NCBI GenBank assembly: GCA_944332575.1
Contig: CALVKH010000002.1
Location: 1-42,252 of the forward strand
Reading direction: 5' to 3'
DNA from: an uncultured Bacilli bacterium
Lineage (GTDB): Bacteria; Bacillota_I; Bacilli_A; RF39; UBA660
DNA length: 42,252 bases
Shown here in pieces: positions 1 to 9,142 of the stretch; the first letter of the stretch is position 1; each line of letters begins with the position of its first letter. Made by a program: the position numbers and the translations under genes. The notes beneath the pieces were generated by a model. It was given only the letters and a program-made list of their open reading frames with translations, did no database searches and had not been told where the DNA came from.

Positions 1-100
1 CCGCTACTGTCCCTATGATCATTATTATCCCTATGATTATTATTACCCCTATGATCTCTATTAGTGTGAATCCTTTAACATTAGTTTTCATTTTGATCAT
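1..100 (-). CDS. Prepilin-type (type IV pilin / ComG-like pseudopilin) N-terminus; the gene runs off the left edge
   Basis: Reverse-strand translation from the ATG at 100-98 gives MIKMKTNVKGFTLIEIIGVIIIIGIIMIIGTVA. This is a short basic leader, a G|FTLIE prepilin-peptidase cleavage/methylation motif, then a hydrophobic helix. A GAGGTG Shine-Dalgarno sits at 109-114, 8 nt upstream. Confidence 0.6.
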   Translation of the reverse strand, partial: MIKMKTNVKGFTLIEIIGVIIIIGIIMIIGTVA

Positions 101-181
101 TTCCTACACACCTCTTTTGCTTACCCCTTACCGTATCTTATTATAAGACTATTATATCATTAAATTTAAAAAATAAAAAGA

Positions 182-919
182 TTAGTATCCTAATCTTATT
201 ATTTCGTATTTTATATTAACTTCTTTCCCCATTTTGGATGCTTCACTTTCACTGGCAAACAATAAGTCAAAAAGGAAGGTCTTCCCTTTTCCAATATTAC
301 CACCACGATCTAAAACTATTCCATAAAAAGGTTCATCATTATAAAAGTCAACATTACTTATTCTTACTATCGTCCCAAATGGATAAGAATAATCTCCTGC
401 CAAAATTCTGATTTTTCCATAAGTAGGATCATCAAAATAAATATTACCTTCACCTATGTATCTACCTGATGCTGTCATCATACTAGTACACCCTACACAA
501 TCAGGACCATATCCAGCTAAAGAACCTACAAGTGTTTCTATTACTGGACTAGAAACAGCATTATCCTCTGTAACAATTTCTACTGGCTCTTCCTTTACTT
601 CTTCTTTTACCGGAACGCTTTCTTCAACTTTTTCAACCTGAGATTCATTCTTTTCTACTATTATTTCTTCTTTAACCTCATCTATTTTAACTTCTTCTAT
701 TTCTTCCTCTTTTAATTCTTTTTCAATCGTCTCTTCTAATAAATTATCAGTCTTTAAATTATTAACTTTTAAATAACTTATATATTTTCTATTTTGAGTT
801 TCTAATGAATAAGTATTTAATTCTTGCGTTTTAGCATCATAAGAAAATAAATTATAAGCTATTAAACCTATTAAAAGAACATTACATATGTGCAGCGAAT
901 ATTTTATTTTATCTTTCAC
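182..919 (-). CDS. 3D-domain cell-wall protein with N-terminal membrane anchor and E/K/V-rich linker
   Basis: 245-aa ORF with an N-terminal hydrophobic segment (LHICNVLLIGLIAYNLF) and a low-complexity Glu/Lys/Val linker. The C-terminal ~100 aa fit the 3D-domain pattern (GYGPDCVGCTS..TASG...YGKIRILAGD.SYPFGTIVRI...GIVLDRGGNIGKGK.FDLLF). Confidence 0.65.
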   Translation of the reverse strand: MKDKIKYSLHICNVLLIGLIAYNLFSYDAKTQELNTYSLETQNRKYISYLKVNNLKTDNLLEETIEKELKEEEIEEVKIDEVKEEIIVEKNESQVEKVEESVPVKEEVKEEPVEIVTEDNAVSSPVIETLVGSLAGYGPDCVGCTSMMTASGRYIGEGNIYFDDPTYGKIRILAGDYSYPFGTIVRISNVDFYNDEPFYGIVLDRGGNIGKGKTFLFDLLFASESEASKMGKEVNIKYEIIRLGY

Positions 920-972
920 AATAATTCTCCTCTTCTATCGTACGAAAATAATTGTATCATATTTTAATAATA

Positions 973-1013
973 TGTAAATATATTTACAACGTTACAATGT
1001 AAACGTCTGTAAA
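973..1013. promoter_or_regulatory. TGTAAA hexamer cluster upstream of the 3D-domain gene: a perfect 16-nt palindrome plus a direct repeat
   Basis: TGTAAATATATTTACA (973-988) is its own reverse complement. TGTAAAcgtcTGTAAA (998-1013) is a direct repeat with 10-nt periodicity. Both lie 54-94 nt upstream of the ATG at 919. Confidence 0.3.
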
Positions 1014-1022
1014 TAAAGCAAT

Positions 1023-1047
1023 AAAAAAGTAGCTATCGCTAGCTACT
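1023..1047 (-). terminator. Intrinsic terminator downstream of rubrerythrin
   Basis: Stem AGTAGCTA (1028-1035) pairs with TAGCTACT (1040-1047). A run of six T follows on the minus strand (1023-1028). Confidence 0.6.
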
Positions 1048-1052
1048 TAATT

Positions 1053-1595
1053 TTATTTATAATTTTCTGCTCTTACTTCCATGAAGCTTCTTGGATGCTT
1101 ACATACTGGACACACATCAAGAGCATCTTTTCCTATATAAACATGTCCACAATTTCTACAAATCCATATTTTGTCCCCATCTTTGTGGAAAACTCTATCA
1201 TCTTTAACATTTTGTAATAAAGTTAAATATCTTTCTTCATGTTCTTTTTCAATTTTAGCTACTTCAGCAAATAGGTAAGCTAATTCATCAAATCCTTCTT
1301 CTTTAGCTACTTCAGCAAATTCTTTATACATTTCTGTCCATTCATAGTTTTCACCATTTGCTGCATCTACTAAATTTTCCATAGTTGATGGAATATCACC
1401 ACCATGTAAATATTTAAACCACAATTTAGCATGTTCTTTTTCGTTATTAGCAGTTTCTTCAAAAATAGCTGCAATTTGTTCATAACCATCTTTTTTAGCT
1501 TTTGATGCATAATAGCTATATTTATTTCTAGCTTGACTTTCTCCAGCAAATGCTGTCATTAAATTTTGTTCTGTTTTTGATCCTTTTAATTCCAT
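1053..1595 (-). CDS. rbr: Rubrerythrin
   Basis: 180 aa. The N-terminal ferritin-like di-iron domain shows [24 protein letters not shown] and repeated E..H motifs ([16 protein letters not shown]). The C-terminal rubredoxin-like CRNCG...CPVC finger is present. Confidence 0.92.
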   Translation of the reverse strand: MELKGSKTEQNLMTAFAGESQARNKYSYYASKAKKDGYEQIAAIFEETANNEKEHAKLWFKYLHGGDIPSTMENLVDAANGENYEWTEMYKEFAEVAKEEGFDELAYLFAEVAKIEKEHEERYLTLLQNVKDDRVFHKDGDKIWICRNCGHVYIGKDALDVCPVCKHPRSFMEVRAENYK

Positions 1596-1638
1596 ATAAA
1601 ATACCTTCCTTCCTAAATTATTATATCTATATCAAGAG

Positions 1639-2052
1639 TTACCTCTTAATAGCACTTTGACATTCATTGCATTGACCTCGAAATATAATTTCACAGTCAT
1701 CTATTTGTATATTATAATCATGATTAATTTTATCAGCAGGCACATTTATACCTTTATAAGGTATATCAATTACCTTATTACATGAATTACAAATAAAATG
1801 ATAATGATTACTTTTATCTCCATCATAGCGAGTAATATCTTTATCTATACTTAATCTCTTAACTTTACCGCTATCTACTAATTTATTTATATTTCTATAG
1901 ACAGTTGCTTGACCAACATTTTTATCTAAAGCATGAACTTTATTATAAATATCTTTCATTGTAGGATGTGATTTATCATTACTTAATACTTGTAAAATAA
2001 GTTCTTTTTGTTTAGTATTTCTAATAAATACCACTTCCTTATCGATAACCAT
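1639..2052 (-). CDS. Fur-family metalloregulator, PerR-like by context
   Basis: Winged-helix signature ATVYRNINKLVDSGKV, HYHFICNSCNKV and a C-terminal CNEC give the two CxxC pairs of the structural Zn site. It lies 43 nt upstream of rbr on the same strand. I prefer the ATG at 2052 over the TTG at 2058 given in the ORF track. Confidence 0.85.
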   Translation of the reverse strand: MVIDKEVVFIRNTKQKELILQVLSNDKSHPTMKDIYNKVHALDKNVGQATVYRNINKLVDSGKVKRLSIDKDITRYDGDKSNHYHFICNSCNKVIDIPYKGINVPADKINHDYNIQIDDCEIIFRGQCNECQSAIKR

Positions 2053-2055
2053 TAT

Positions 2056-2070
2056 CAATAATTATTATAC
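2056..2070. promoter_or_regulatory. Fur/PerR-box-like 7-1-7 inverted repeat
   Basis: CAATAATTATTATAC has the core ATAAT-T-ATTAT, a perfect palindrome. It matches 12/14 positions of the TTATAATnATTATAA Per/Fur box and sits immediately upstream of the Fur-family gene. A palindrome this AT-rich is weak evidence in this genome. Confidence 0.3.
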
Positions 2071-2109
2071 TATTATTTTAAAAAAATTCAATACTTATTA
2101 TTACTTTTA

Positions 2110-4008
2110 CTAATAAATGCAAATATAAACTGTATCTTCTTCAAAGATAATTTGCTCTTTATTAAATTCATTCCAATCATTGCTACTGCAAAATTCTTTT
2201 CTTTCTTCAGGAATATTTTCATTTTGTATGTGGTTTATATCACGATTTAGAAAATTTCTAAAATAATACATCGTAGCCCAATCAACAGTCAAAGCTCTTT
2301 GAGTCATATTATTAATATATTGACTACCCGAGTAAGTCAACGTAATATTTAAATCGTTAATAAGTCCCATGTTTTTTATTTCTATATTACTATTACTTTC
2401 ATAATCTTCTATAATTTTAATAATTTCATTCGTTAAATTTTCATCGCCCTTATTAATTATAAATCTATTTATTGCTATTTCGTGATATGAATAACAAGCA
2501 AAAATTAATAAAATAGCAAATACTCCTACACCAAACCATTCAAATAATCTGTTATTTTTTATATTAACAATATAGAATAAAAATAGTAATCCAACAAGTG
2601 AACCCATAGAAATAACAGTTCTTCCACATATACCAATATTATTAGTGTTCACCAAAACAAATGGTACTAATGGTACTACTACCATTGCTATACTACAATA
2701 AACTAAAAACCAAAATTTTATATGCGCTTTCTTACTTTTCTCTCTGTATATTTCCACTATCAACAAAACTCCAATTAATAAAACAATTATGGCATACATA
2801 TAAGAAGGTAAAATATTTTGTGTAGTCCACATTAAAGACTTAGTCTGAGAAAGTATACTAATTATCGAATCTTTTAAATATATTGACCCCGACACTCTAT
2901 CGCTACCGTTTAAAGCAGTATATATTAATCCCAATAAACACGCACTTCCGTATACAAAAGCAATTAAAAGATTGTTTTTAATAAAATCTGATATTTTTGT
3001 AGAATATTTCAAAGCAAAAGCAATTGAAATTACTACTACAAAAGACATTACTGATTGATACGAAAACATAGCAATAGTAGCAAAAAGTAAAGCTTTTAAA
3101 ATATATTTTTTGTCATGATGTTCAAAAAAATTAACAATATGTATAGATGACAAAATAGCTGCTAGCACACCAAAACAAGTTATGCCAGTAAATTCAGGGA
3201 ACGAAAACAATTCTACTGTAAATAAACTACAAGAGATTAAAAAACTAGTTATTATATTAACAAGACTATTTTTAGTATATTTTTTTAACAAAAGATATAA
3301 ATTTATTATTGCACACCATATAGATGCTAATCCTAGTAACCACGCCAATTGCTTACAAACAATAAAAGGTAATTCTAAATAATCCATTATCATTAAAAAC
3401 AAATACATTAATATTCTACCATTATTTAAATATGTATGAGCATTATTTGAATATCCAATATTGTATAATACAACAGTATCCATAGCAAAATGATCATGTA
3501 CAAATATACCAAATAAAATCAGCAAAACTAATAATGAACCAACAATATACATTTTATCTTTATTATCCAAATTTACTTTTATTTCTTTTTTCTTCGTATT
3601 ATTAAAAACAAAAAATTTACTAAAAACATAATTTATTACAACAATAACAAATTGAACAATTATTTTAGCTATTAAATCATTAATGTTAACTACCTCTACA
3701 AATACCACCATCAATAAAAAGTCAACTAGCAGTGATAAAATTCGATATTTAAAAAAATTAATTATTTCGAGTAATAAATCTTTTTTACCACTGGTCTTAC
3801 TTCTAAAAACAATAATCTTATTAGCTAAAAAAGCAAAGGTAACTGTTACTATCCAAGATAAAATAGTAGAAACTTTATAATTAATATTTAGTCCACGTGA
3901 AAATAACCAATAAGTAACAAAACTAACAACTGTAGTAAGTACTCCAATAATTAAATACTTTATTACTTCATCATACTTTTTTACTAATTCACATACTTTG
4001 TTTTTCAT
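2110..4008 (-). CDS. GtrA-like module fused to a large polytopic membrane protein (GT-C/GtrC-like candidate)
   Basis: The N-terminal ~130 aa look like a 4-TM GtrA-family module (IKYLIIGVLTTVVSFVTYWLF...FLANKIIVFRS...SKFFVFNN). About 10 further hydrophobic segments and a ~110-aa soluble C-terminus follow. The gene starts 12 nt after the GT2 gene. Its stop is TAG, followed in frame by TAA. Confidence 0.6.
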   Translation of the reverse strand: MKNKVCELVKKYDEVIKYLIIGVLTTVVSFVTYWLFSRGLNINYKVSTILSWIVTVTFAFLANKIIVFRSKTSGKKDLLLEIINFFKYRILSLLVDFLLMVVFVEVVNINDLIAKIIVQFVIVVINYVFSKFFVFNNTKKKEIKVNLDNKDKMYIVGSLLVLLILFGIFVHDHFAMDTVVLYNIGYSNNAHTYLNNGRILMYLFLMIMDYLELPFIVCKQLAWLLGLASIWCAIINLYLLLKKYTKNSLVNIITSFLISCSLFTVELFSFPEFTGITCFGVLAAILSSIHIVNFFEHHDKKYILKALLFATIAMFSYQSVMSFVVVISIAFALKYSTKISDFIKNNLLIAFVYGSACLLGLIYTALNGSDRVSGSIYLKDSIISILSQTKSLMWTTQNILPSYMYAIIVLLIGVLLIVEIYREKSKKAHIKFWFLVYCSIAMVVVPLVPFVLVNTNNIGICGRTVISMGSLVGLLFLFYIVNIKNNRLFEWFGVGVFAILLIFACYSYHEIAINRFIINKGDENLTNEIIKIIEDYESNSNIEIKNMGLINDLNITLTYSGSQYINNMTQRALTVDWATMYYFRNFLNRDINHIQNENIPEERKEFCSSNDWNEFNKEQIIFEEDTVYICIY

Positions 4009-4020
4009 ATTTACCTCATA

Positions 4021-4929
4021 CTATTTTATATTTATTTTTTCTTTTATAATATAAATTGGCCTATTTTTAGATTGAATATGAATTTGTGATAGATATTCAC
4101 AAATTACACCCATTATTAAGAATTGAATTGTACTAATAAATAATATTAGAGCACAAAGTCCTATAATAACATTAGTAGTTATTACAAATGCAATAAAACT
4201 AATTAAAAACAAAACAGAAAAAATCATTCCTATTATAATAGATGCTTTTAATGGTTTTATACTAAACGATACTATTCCTCCAACTCCATAAGTTAATAAT
4301 TTAACAAAATTAAATTTAGTACTTCCGTGTTCCCTTTTATTAGGAACATAGGGTAAATAATAAGTATGAAACCCCACCCAAGAAAATATTCCTTTAGAAA
4401 AGCGATTATCTTCTTCTAATAATAAAATGGAATCTACTACTGCTCTTCTAAACAAACGAAAATCACTAGCACCTTGTTTAATTTCAAACGAAGAAGTACT
4501 ATTCATAATTTCATAAAAATTTCTTTTAAAAAATGAAATAACTTTATTTTCTTTACGTTCTTTTTGATAAGCCGCAACACTATCATAATAAGTATCTTTT
4601 TCTAATATATCTAACATTTCTAACATAATTTTAGGATCCTGTTGCATATCAGCATCAATTATTCCAACATAATCTCCTTTTGCCTCTTTAAGTCCAGCTA
4701 ATATTGCCGCTTCTTTGCCAAAGTTTCTAGAAAAAGAAATAGTCTTAACATGCTTTTTATCCAACTTTGCTAATTCTTTTAATTTTTCTAAAGTTTCATC
4801 TTTACTTCCATCGTCGATAAAAATAAGTTCATAATCCAAATCTTTATTATAATTTTTCTTAATATTATCATAAAATACATTAACATTTTCTTCCTCGTTA
4901 TAACAAGGTACTACTAAAGACAACTTCAT
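4021..4929 (-). CDS. Family 2 glycosyltransferase, polyprenyl-phosphate sugar synthase type (GtrB/CsbB-like)
   Basis: LSLVVPCYNEEENV, IFIDDGSKDET and IIDADMQQDP (DxD) are present, with two C-terminal TM helices typical of GtrB/DPM1-like enzymes. Confidence 0.88.
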   Translation of the reverse strand: MKLSLVVPCYNEEENVNVFYDNIKKNYNKDLDYELIFIDDGSKDETLEKLKELAKLDKKHVKTISFSRNFGKEAAILAGLKEAKGDYVGIIDADMQQDPKIMLEMLDILEKDTYYDSVAAYQKERKENKVISFFKRNFYEIMNSTSSFEIKQGASDFRLFRRAVVDSILLLEEDNRFSKGIFSWVGFHTYYLPYVPNKREHGSTKFNFVKLLTYGVGGIVSFSIKPLKASIIIGMIFSVLFLISFIAFVITTNVIIGLCALILFISTIQFLIMGVICEYLSQIHIQSKNRPIYIIKEKINIK

Positions 4930-4981
4930 AATATACCACCAACTTCATTATAACAAAAAAAGAAATTATAATAAATAATTT

Positions 4982-5635
4982 TTAACTTTTATTTTGATAT
5001 GATAGTTTTACAACTTCATAAAGCTTATTATGATGATAATTAACCTCTTTTTCAAGACTAGCAAGTAATTTTTGATAAGCAATATCTACATCATCTTGTT
5101 CTTTATCAAAGCATTCAAAATACAAATACTTTATTTTATCAAAATTTCCTTTTTTATAACTATTAGTTATTTCTTTCATTAGAACTTTTTTTATTTCTTC
5201 ATCTAATCTTATAATAAAATGATTCCAATTTCTTTTTTTTATTTTTTCTAAAAATAAATTATATTCCAACAATTTGTTAGATAATATCAAGATATCTTGT
5301 TCTTCATCTAATAATAATCTGCTTCTATAAATTAGCACCCCTTCATTATCAAATTCTACTGCTACTGCTCTAGTACCATCTGTAACTAAGGTAGAGTAAG
5401 GAATAACATTAATTTTTTCACTAGTATAAATTTCTGTTAAATTTTTTATTTTATTTAAAAAAATATCATTGGTTTTTACTTCATAATTCAAAATATCATC
5501 AAATGTATTAGAATCTATCTTAAAAAGTGGAATTTTCTTTATATGTTCTAAATCATCATTTAATTCCCATTCAAAAAATTCATAAATCTTATCTTCATCA
5601 GTCCAATTTAAAATAATGTCATAAACATATATCAA
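4982..5635 (-). CDS. Conserved hypothetical cytoplasmic protein, possibly YqhG/DUF3603-like
   Basis: 217 aa. The N-terminus MIYVYDIILNWTDEDKIYEFFEWELNDDLEHIKKIPLFKI resembles, from memory, the YqhG-family N-terminus. This is unverified. Confidence 0.4.
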   Translation of the reverse strand: MIYVYDIILNWTDEDKIYEFFEWELNDDLEHIKKIPLFKIDSNTFDDILNYEVKTNDIFLNKIKNLTEIYTSEKINVIPYSTLVTDGTRAVAVEFDNEGVLIYRSRLLLDEEQDILILSNKLLEYNLFLEKIKKRNWNHFIIRLDEEIKKVLMKEITNSYKKGNFDKIKYLYFECFDKEQDDVDIAYQKLLASLEKEVNYHHNKLYEVVKLSYQNKS

Positions 5636-5840
5636 TTTTATCTCCTCCTTTAAAAATTGAACATGTAATCATCAAAAATCCAATAATTGCTACAATACAC
5701 TCATATCTTTTAGAAATAAACACTAAATACTCTAGAAAAGTATATCCCATAGTAAGAAGATTTAAATAACTAATCATATAGATAAAACCAATCACAGTAA
5801 ATCCAAATCCCAAAAGAAAGAAAAATATTCTAGCAATCAT
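5619..5840 (-). CDS. Small two-TM membrane protein, unknown function
   Basis: 73-aa ORF with two hydrophobic helices. It overlaps the downstream gene by 17 nt. Stop is TGA. Confidence 0.4.
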   Translation of the reverse strand: MIARIFFFLLGFGFTVIGFIYMISYLNLLTMGYTFLEYLVFISKRYECIVAIIGFLMITCSIFKGGDKIDICL

Positions 5841-5889
5841 TTTATCACCTAATTAATTTTATTATGAAATATCAATAATATTATGTAAT

Positions 5890-6444
5890 TTATCTTTTTA
5901 TTTTATTCATAATATAAAAATAACTAGATGAAATAAAACTTCCTAAAACTGATATTAACAAATCTGTCATAGTATCAGTAGCGCCACTTATCTTTCTTTG
6001 ATGATCAGTTCCTAGCCAAATATCACTAAAGAATTCTATACCTTCCCAAGCAAGTCCAACAAAAGAAACTATTGATATAATGATAATAAAGTTTTTCCAA
6101 TTAGAAATTTTGATGTTACTTGCTAATACAAATGTTAAAAAACAGCCAAATAGAAAATGGACAATTAAATCAAAATAAGATGTACTATAATACAAGCTAA
6201 ATAATATTCCTAAAGTAAAAGCAATTAATAAAAAGAAGTAATAAATCATCTTTATATACTTCTCTATTTTTAATTTACAAAATTTTTCAATTATTAACGG
6301 AACAATTATTAATAATATTGACACTATTCCAAATATTACTTTACCTAATTCAAATGGTAAACAATGTAAATACAAATAATATCCAGATAGCAAAATATTA
6401 ATAATAATTAAAACATTAGTCACTATTGTCACTATTATCACCAA
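5890..6444 (-). CDS. Polytopic membrane protein, YjdF/DUF2238-like
   Basis: 184 aa with 5-6 TM segments. FDLIVHFLFGCFL and AWEGIEFFSDIWLGTDHQRKISGATDTMTDLLISVLGS resemble the conserved H..G and E.EW...G...D...D motifs of DUF2238. Confidence 0.45.
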   Translation of the reverse strand: MVIIVTIVTNVLIIINILLSGYYLYLHCLPFELGKVIFGIVSILLIIVPLIIEKFCKLKIEKYIKMIYYFFLLIAFTLGILFSLYYSTSYFDLIVHFLFGCFLTFVLASNIKISNWKNFIIIISIVSFVGLAWEGIEFFSDIWLGTDHQRKISGATDTMTDLLISVLGSFISSSYFYIMNKIKR

Positions 6445-7501
6445 TAGTTATTTTATCCATTTCTACTCCACTTATTACATCAAACTTTCGACTTATTTTA
6501 TCAGTAGTAATTGACACATTTTCTACATCCTTGTTTACAGTTTGAATACTTCTTGCTAACTTATCCCAACGTTCTTTATAACGATTAAATTCAATTCCTA
6601 ATTTATTTAATTCGTCGTGAATAATAGATGCATATTTATCTCGCTCCATATTCTTAATAATCATTTGAATCACTGTTAAAGTAGAAATCAAAGTAGTTGG
6701 CGAAGTAATCCATACTCTTTTTTTATAGGCATAATCAATAATATCGGAATGATATGCATTAATTTCAGCAAAAATTGCCTCTGCTGGTAAAAACATAATC
6801 GCTTGATCACTGGTAACTCCTGGTATTATATATTTATCATGAATAGCATCAATATGTTTTTTAACATCATTTTTAAATTGTTTTTCATAATTGTTACGTA
6901 CTTCTACTGGTAATTTTTTATCAACCATCATACGATAATGTTCTAACGGAAATTTTGAATCAATAGCAATTGTCCCTAAAGGTTCTGGTGCAAACAAAAT
7001 AGAGTCTGCAATAGTGCCATTAGGAAGGGTATATTGTAATGAATAAATCTTATTATTATTTTCACCAAAGACATTAGATAAAATATGTTTCAAATTTACT
7101 TCTCCAAAAATTCCTCTTGTTTTTTTGTCTGTCAAAATACCTTGTAAAGATACAATATCATTAGATAACCCATCTATCTTCTTTTGAGCTTCATCAATTT
7201 TACTTAAACGTTCTAAAACATTAGTAAAGGTTTTATTCGTTTTCTCAAAATTTTGGTCAAGTCTCTCATTTACTTTATCATTGATATTGTTTAATCGCTC
7301 TTCTAATCTTAAATTTAATTTATCAAAATCCTCATTTATATTTTTATTTAAGTCCGTTTGAAAATCGTGAATTTCTTTATTGATATTGACTTCAAATCTT
7401 CCTAATCTTTCTGTAATATTTCCTTCATTTACTCCTTTAAATAATGAAATAATTACTAATATTACTAAAATTACTAATATGATAATAATTGCTACTTCCA
7501 T
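6416..7501 (-). CDS. rmuC: DNA recombination protein RmuC
   Basis: N-terminal TM, a long coiled-coil, then the RmuC nuclease-like core (YTLPNGTIADSILFAPEPLGTIAIDSKFPLEHY...MFLPAEAIF...VWITSPTTL). Confidence 0.85.
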   Translation of the reverse strand: MEVAIIIILVILVILVIISLFKGVNEGNITERLGRFEVNINKEIHDFQTDLNKNINEDFDKLNLRLEERLNNINDKVNERLDQNFEKTNKTFTNVLERLSKIDEAQKKIDGLSNDIVSLQGILTDKKTRGIFGEVNLKHILSNVFGENNNKIYSLQYTLPNGTIADSILFAPEPLGTIAIDSKFPLEHYRMMVDKKLPVEVRNNYEKQFKNDVKKHIDAIHDKYIIPGVTSDQAIMFLPAEAIFAEINAYHSDIIDYAYKKRVWITSPTTLISTLTVIQMIIKNMERDKYASIIHDELNKLGIEFNRYKERWDKLARSIQTVNKDVENVSITTDKISRKFDVISGVEMDKITIGDNSDNSD

Positions 7502-7509
7502 ACTTCCTC

Positions 7510-8085
7510 CTACTCAAGATTTAATTTCTTATTAACTATTTTTGATAATAAATAACTAACTAATAACAGTCCACACACAATAATTACTGTTTTTAAGTCA
7601 GTAATACTTTCTAGTAAACTTTTACCAACAAATCCCCAAAAATATACTATGGATAATTTTCCAATTAAAATTGCCGCAATAAACTTTTTAAATTTAACAT
7701 TCACCAGTCCACATGCTATATTAACTAAAAAAGCTGGGGTAAAAGGTAATGCTATAATTAAAACTAATTTACTAAATTCTATATTTTTTATTTGTTTCAT
7801 AATTTTATCTAATTGCTCTCTTTTAGAAGTCTTCTTCAAAAAATAATTACTAAACAACTTAGAAAAGAAGAAATATGACAAAACACATCCAACACAAGTA
7901 GCAAGCCATGAAATAATAAAACCAACTACTCCGCCAAAAGCCATCATATTAAAAGCTATAAATACTGCTAACGGTAACACAGGAATAATTGACTCTAAAA
8001 TAATTAATCCTATTCCAAAAGGAACACCAAATTGTTGTAAATATGAAATCATCAATTGTACAAAAGAATCAATCATCTCCATCAT
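7510..8085 (-). CDS. TVP38/TMEM64 (DedA/SNARE-associated superfamily) membrane protein
   Basis: VPFGIGLIILESIIPVLPLAVFIAFNMMAFGGVVGFIISWLATCVGCVLSYFF. I prefer the ATG at 8085, which has GGTGA 5 nt upstream, over the GTG at 8094. Confidence 0.8.
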   Translation of the reverse strand: MMEMIDSFVQLMISYLQQFGVPFGIGLIILESIIPVLPLAVFIAFNMMAFGGVVGFIISWLATCVGCVLSYFFFSKLFSNYFLKKTSKREQLDKIMKQIKNIEFSKLVLIIALPFTPAFLVNIACGLVNVKFKKFIAAILIGKLSIVYFWGFVGKSLLESITDLKTVIIVCGLLLVSYLLSKIVNKKLNLE

Positions 8086-8197
8086 ACTTATCACCTTTTA
8101 TTATTATAGTACAATTTATTCTGTTTTAAAAGTAGAACCTAAAAAAGATTTACTGATAAAATATTAAAAATAGTTAACAATATAAATGGTGAATTAT

Positions 8198-8713
8198 ATG
8201 GAATTGTTACTTTTATGTATCAAAATTTTTGGAGTTAGAATAATCGATGTATCTCTTGGTACATTTCGAACTATCATTACAGTAAAAGGAAAAGCTATTT
8301 ATGCTAGTCTTATTGGTTTTATTGAAGTTTTTGTTTGGTTTATTATTGTAAGAGAGGCACTAAATACTGATACCGATAGTATCTGGATAGCTATATCATA
8401 TTCCCTAGGATTTGCTACAGGAACTTATATTGGAAGTATTATATCTAATAAATTTATTAAAACTACTTTCTCGTTTGAAATAATAACTGCTAAACATGAT
8501 ATGAGTGATAAATTAAGAGAAAAAGGATTTGCTGTTAGTGTATTAGATGTAAAAGGAAAAGATGACAAAACTGATAAATTTATGTTATTATTAGAAATAG
8601 ATAGTAATCGATTAAATGAATTAAAAAATACAATAAGAAAAATGGATAAACAAGCTTTTATCATAGTTACTGAAACAAAATATGTTCAAAACGGTTACTT
8701 CAAATCAGTATAA
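8198..8713 (+). CDS. UPF0316/DUF2179 family membrane protein
   Basis: The N-terminal 3-TM part has IFGVRIIDVSLGTFRTIITVKGK, followed by a C-terminal soluble DUF2179-type domain. The ATG at 8198 follows GGTGA (8188-8192). Confidence 0.7.
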   Translation: MELLLLCIKIFGVRIIDVSLGTFRTIITVKGKAIYASLIGFIEVFVWFIIVREALNTDTDSIWIAISYSLGFATGTYIGSIISNKFIKTTFSFEIITAKHDMSDKLREKGFAVSVLDVKGKDDKTDKFMLLLEIDSNRLNELKNTIRKMDKQAFIIVTETKYVQNGYFKSV

Positions 8714-8725
8714 GGAAGTGATACT

Positions 8726-9055
8726 TTGAAAGACTACTTAAAAAATTATATCAAGGAAATAGACAATAAGATAAGTATAAATAAAATAACTAAAAGTGAT
8801 GTAGAAGAACATTTAATTAAAATTCAATTTTTTCAACATGAACGACTAGTACATTTATTAGTAACCTTAGCTTATGCATTATTCACAATAATTTTTATAT
8901 TTTTAACATTATATCATCCTTTGTTCTTTATTATAACTATAATAGTATTAGTATTTTTAATGTTTTATGTAGCTCATTATTTCTTCTTAGAAAATAATGT
9001 GCAATACTTATATAAACAATATGATTTGATGAAAGAAAAATTATCTAAAAAGTAA
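8726..9055 (+). CDS. Small membrane protein, unknown function
   Basis: 109-aa ORF with a TTG start, an N-terminal polar part and two C-terminal TM helices. It lies 12 nt after the previous gene. Confidence 0.4.
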   Translation: MKDYLKNYIKEIDNKISINKITKSDVEEHLIKIQFFQHERLVHLLVTLAYALFTIIFIFLTLYHPLFFIITIIVLVFLMFYVAHYFFLENNVQYLYKQYDLMKEKLSKK

Positions 9056-9142
9056 TTGAATAAAATTACTTTTTTTATTTAGCTTATATTTGCTAAAAAT
9101 GCTCTTTTATAGTACAATGGAAAAAGCTTTAGGAGGTTTATT

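Noticed and set aside
11-55. CCCTATGAT repeated three times with an 18-nt period (positions 11, 29 and 47)
   Set aside because: The coding sequence explains it. On the minus strand it encodes the repetitive I-I-G stretches of the prepilin hydrophobic helix (IIGVIIIIGIIMIIG). It is not an independent DNA repeat element.
1596-1638. A second Per box directly upstream of rbr (TATAATAATTTAG)
   Set aside because: It is only a partial match, about 10 of 13 positions, and indistinguishable from a plain -10-like AT-rich sequence. rbr may simply be co-transcribed with the upstream Fur-family gene.
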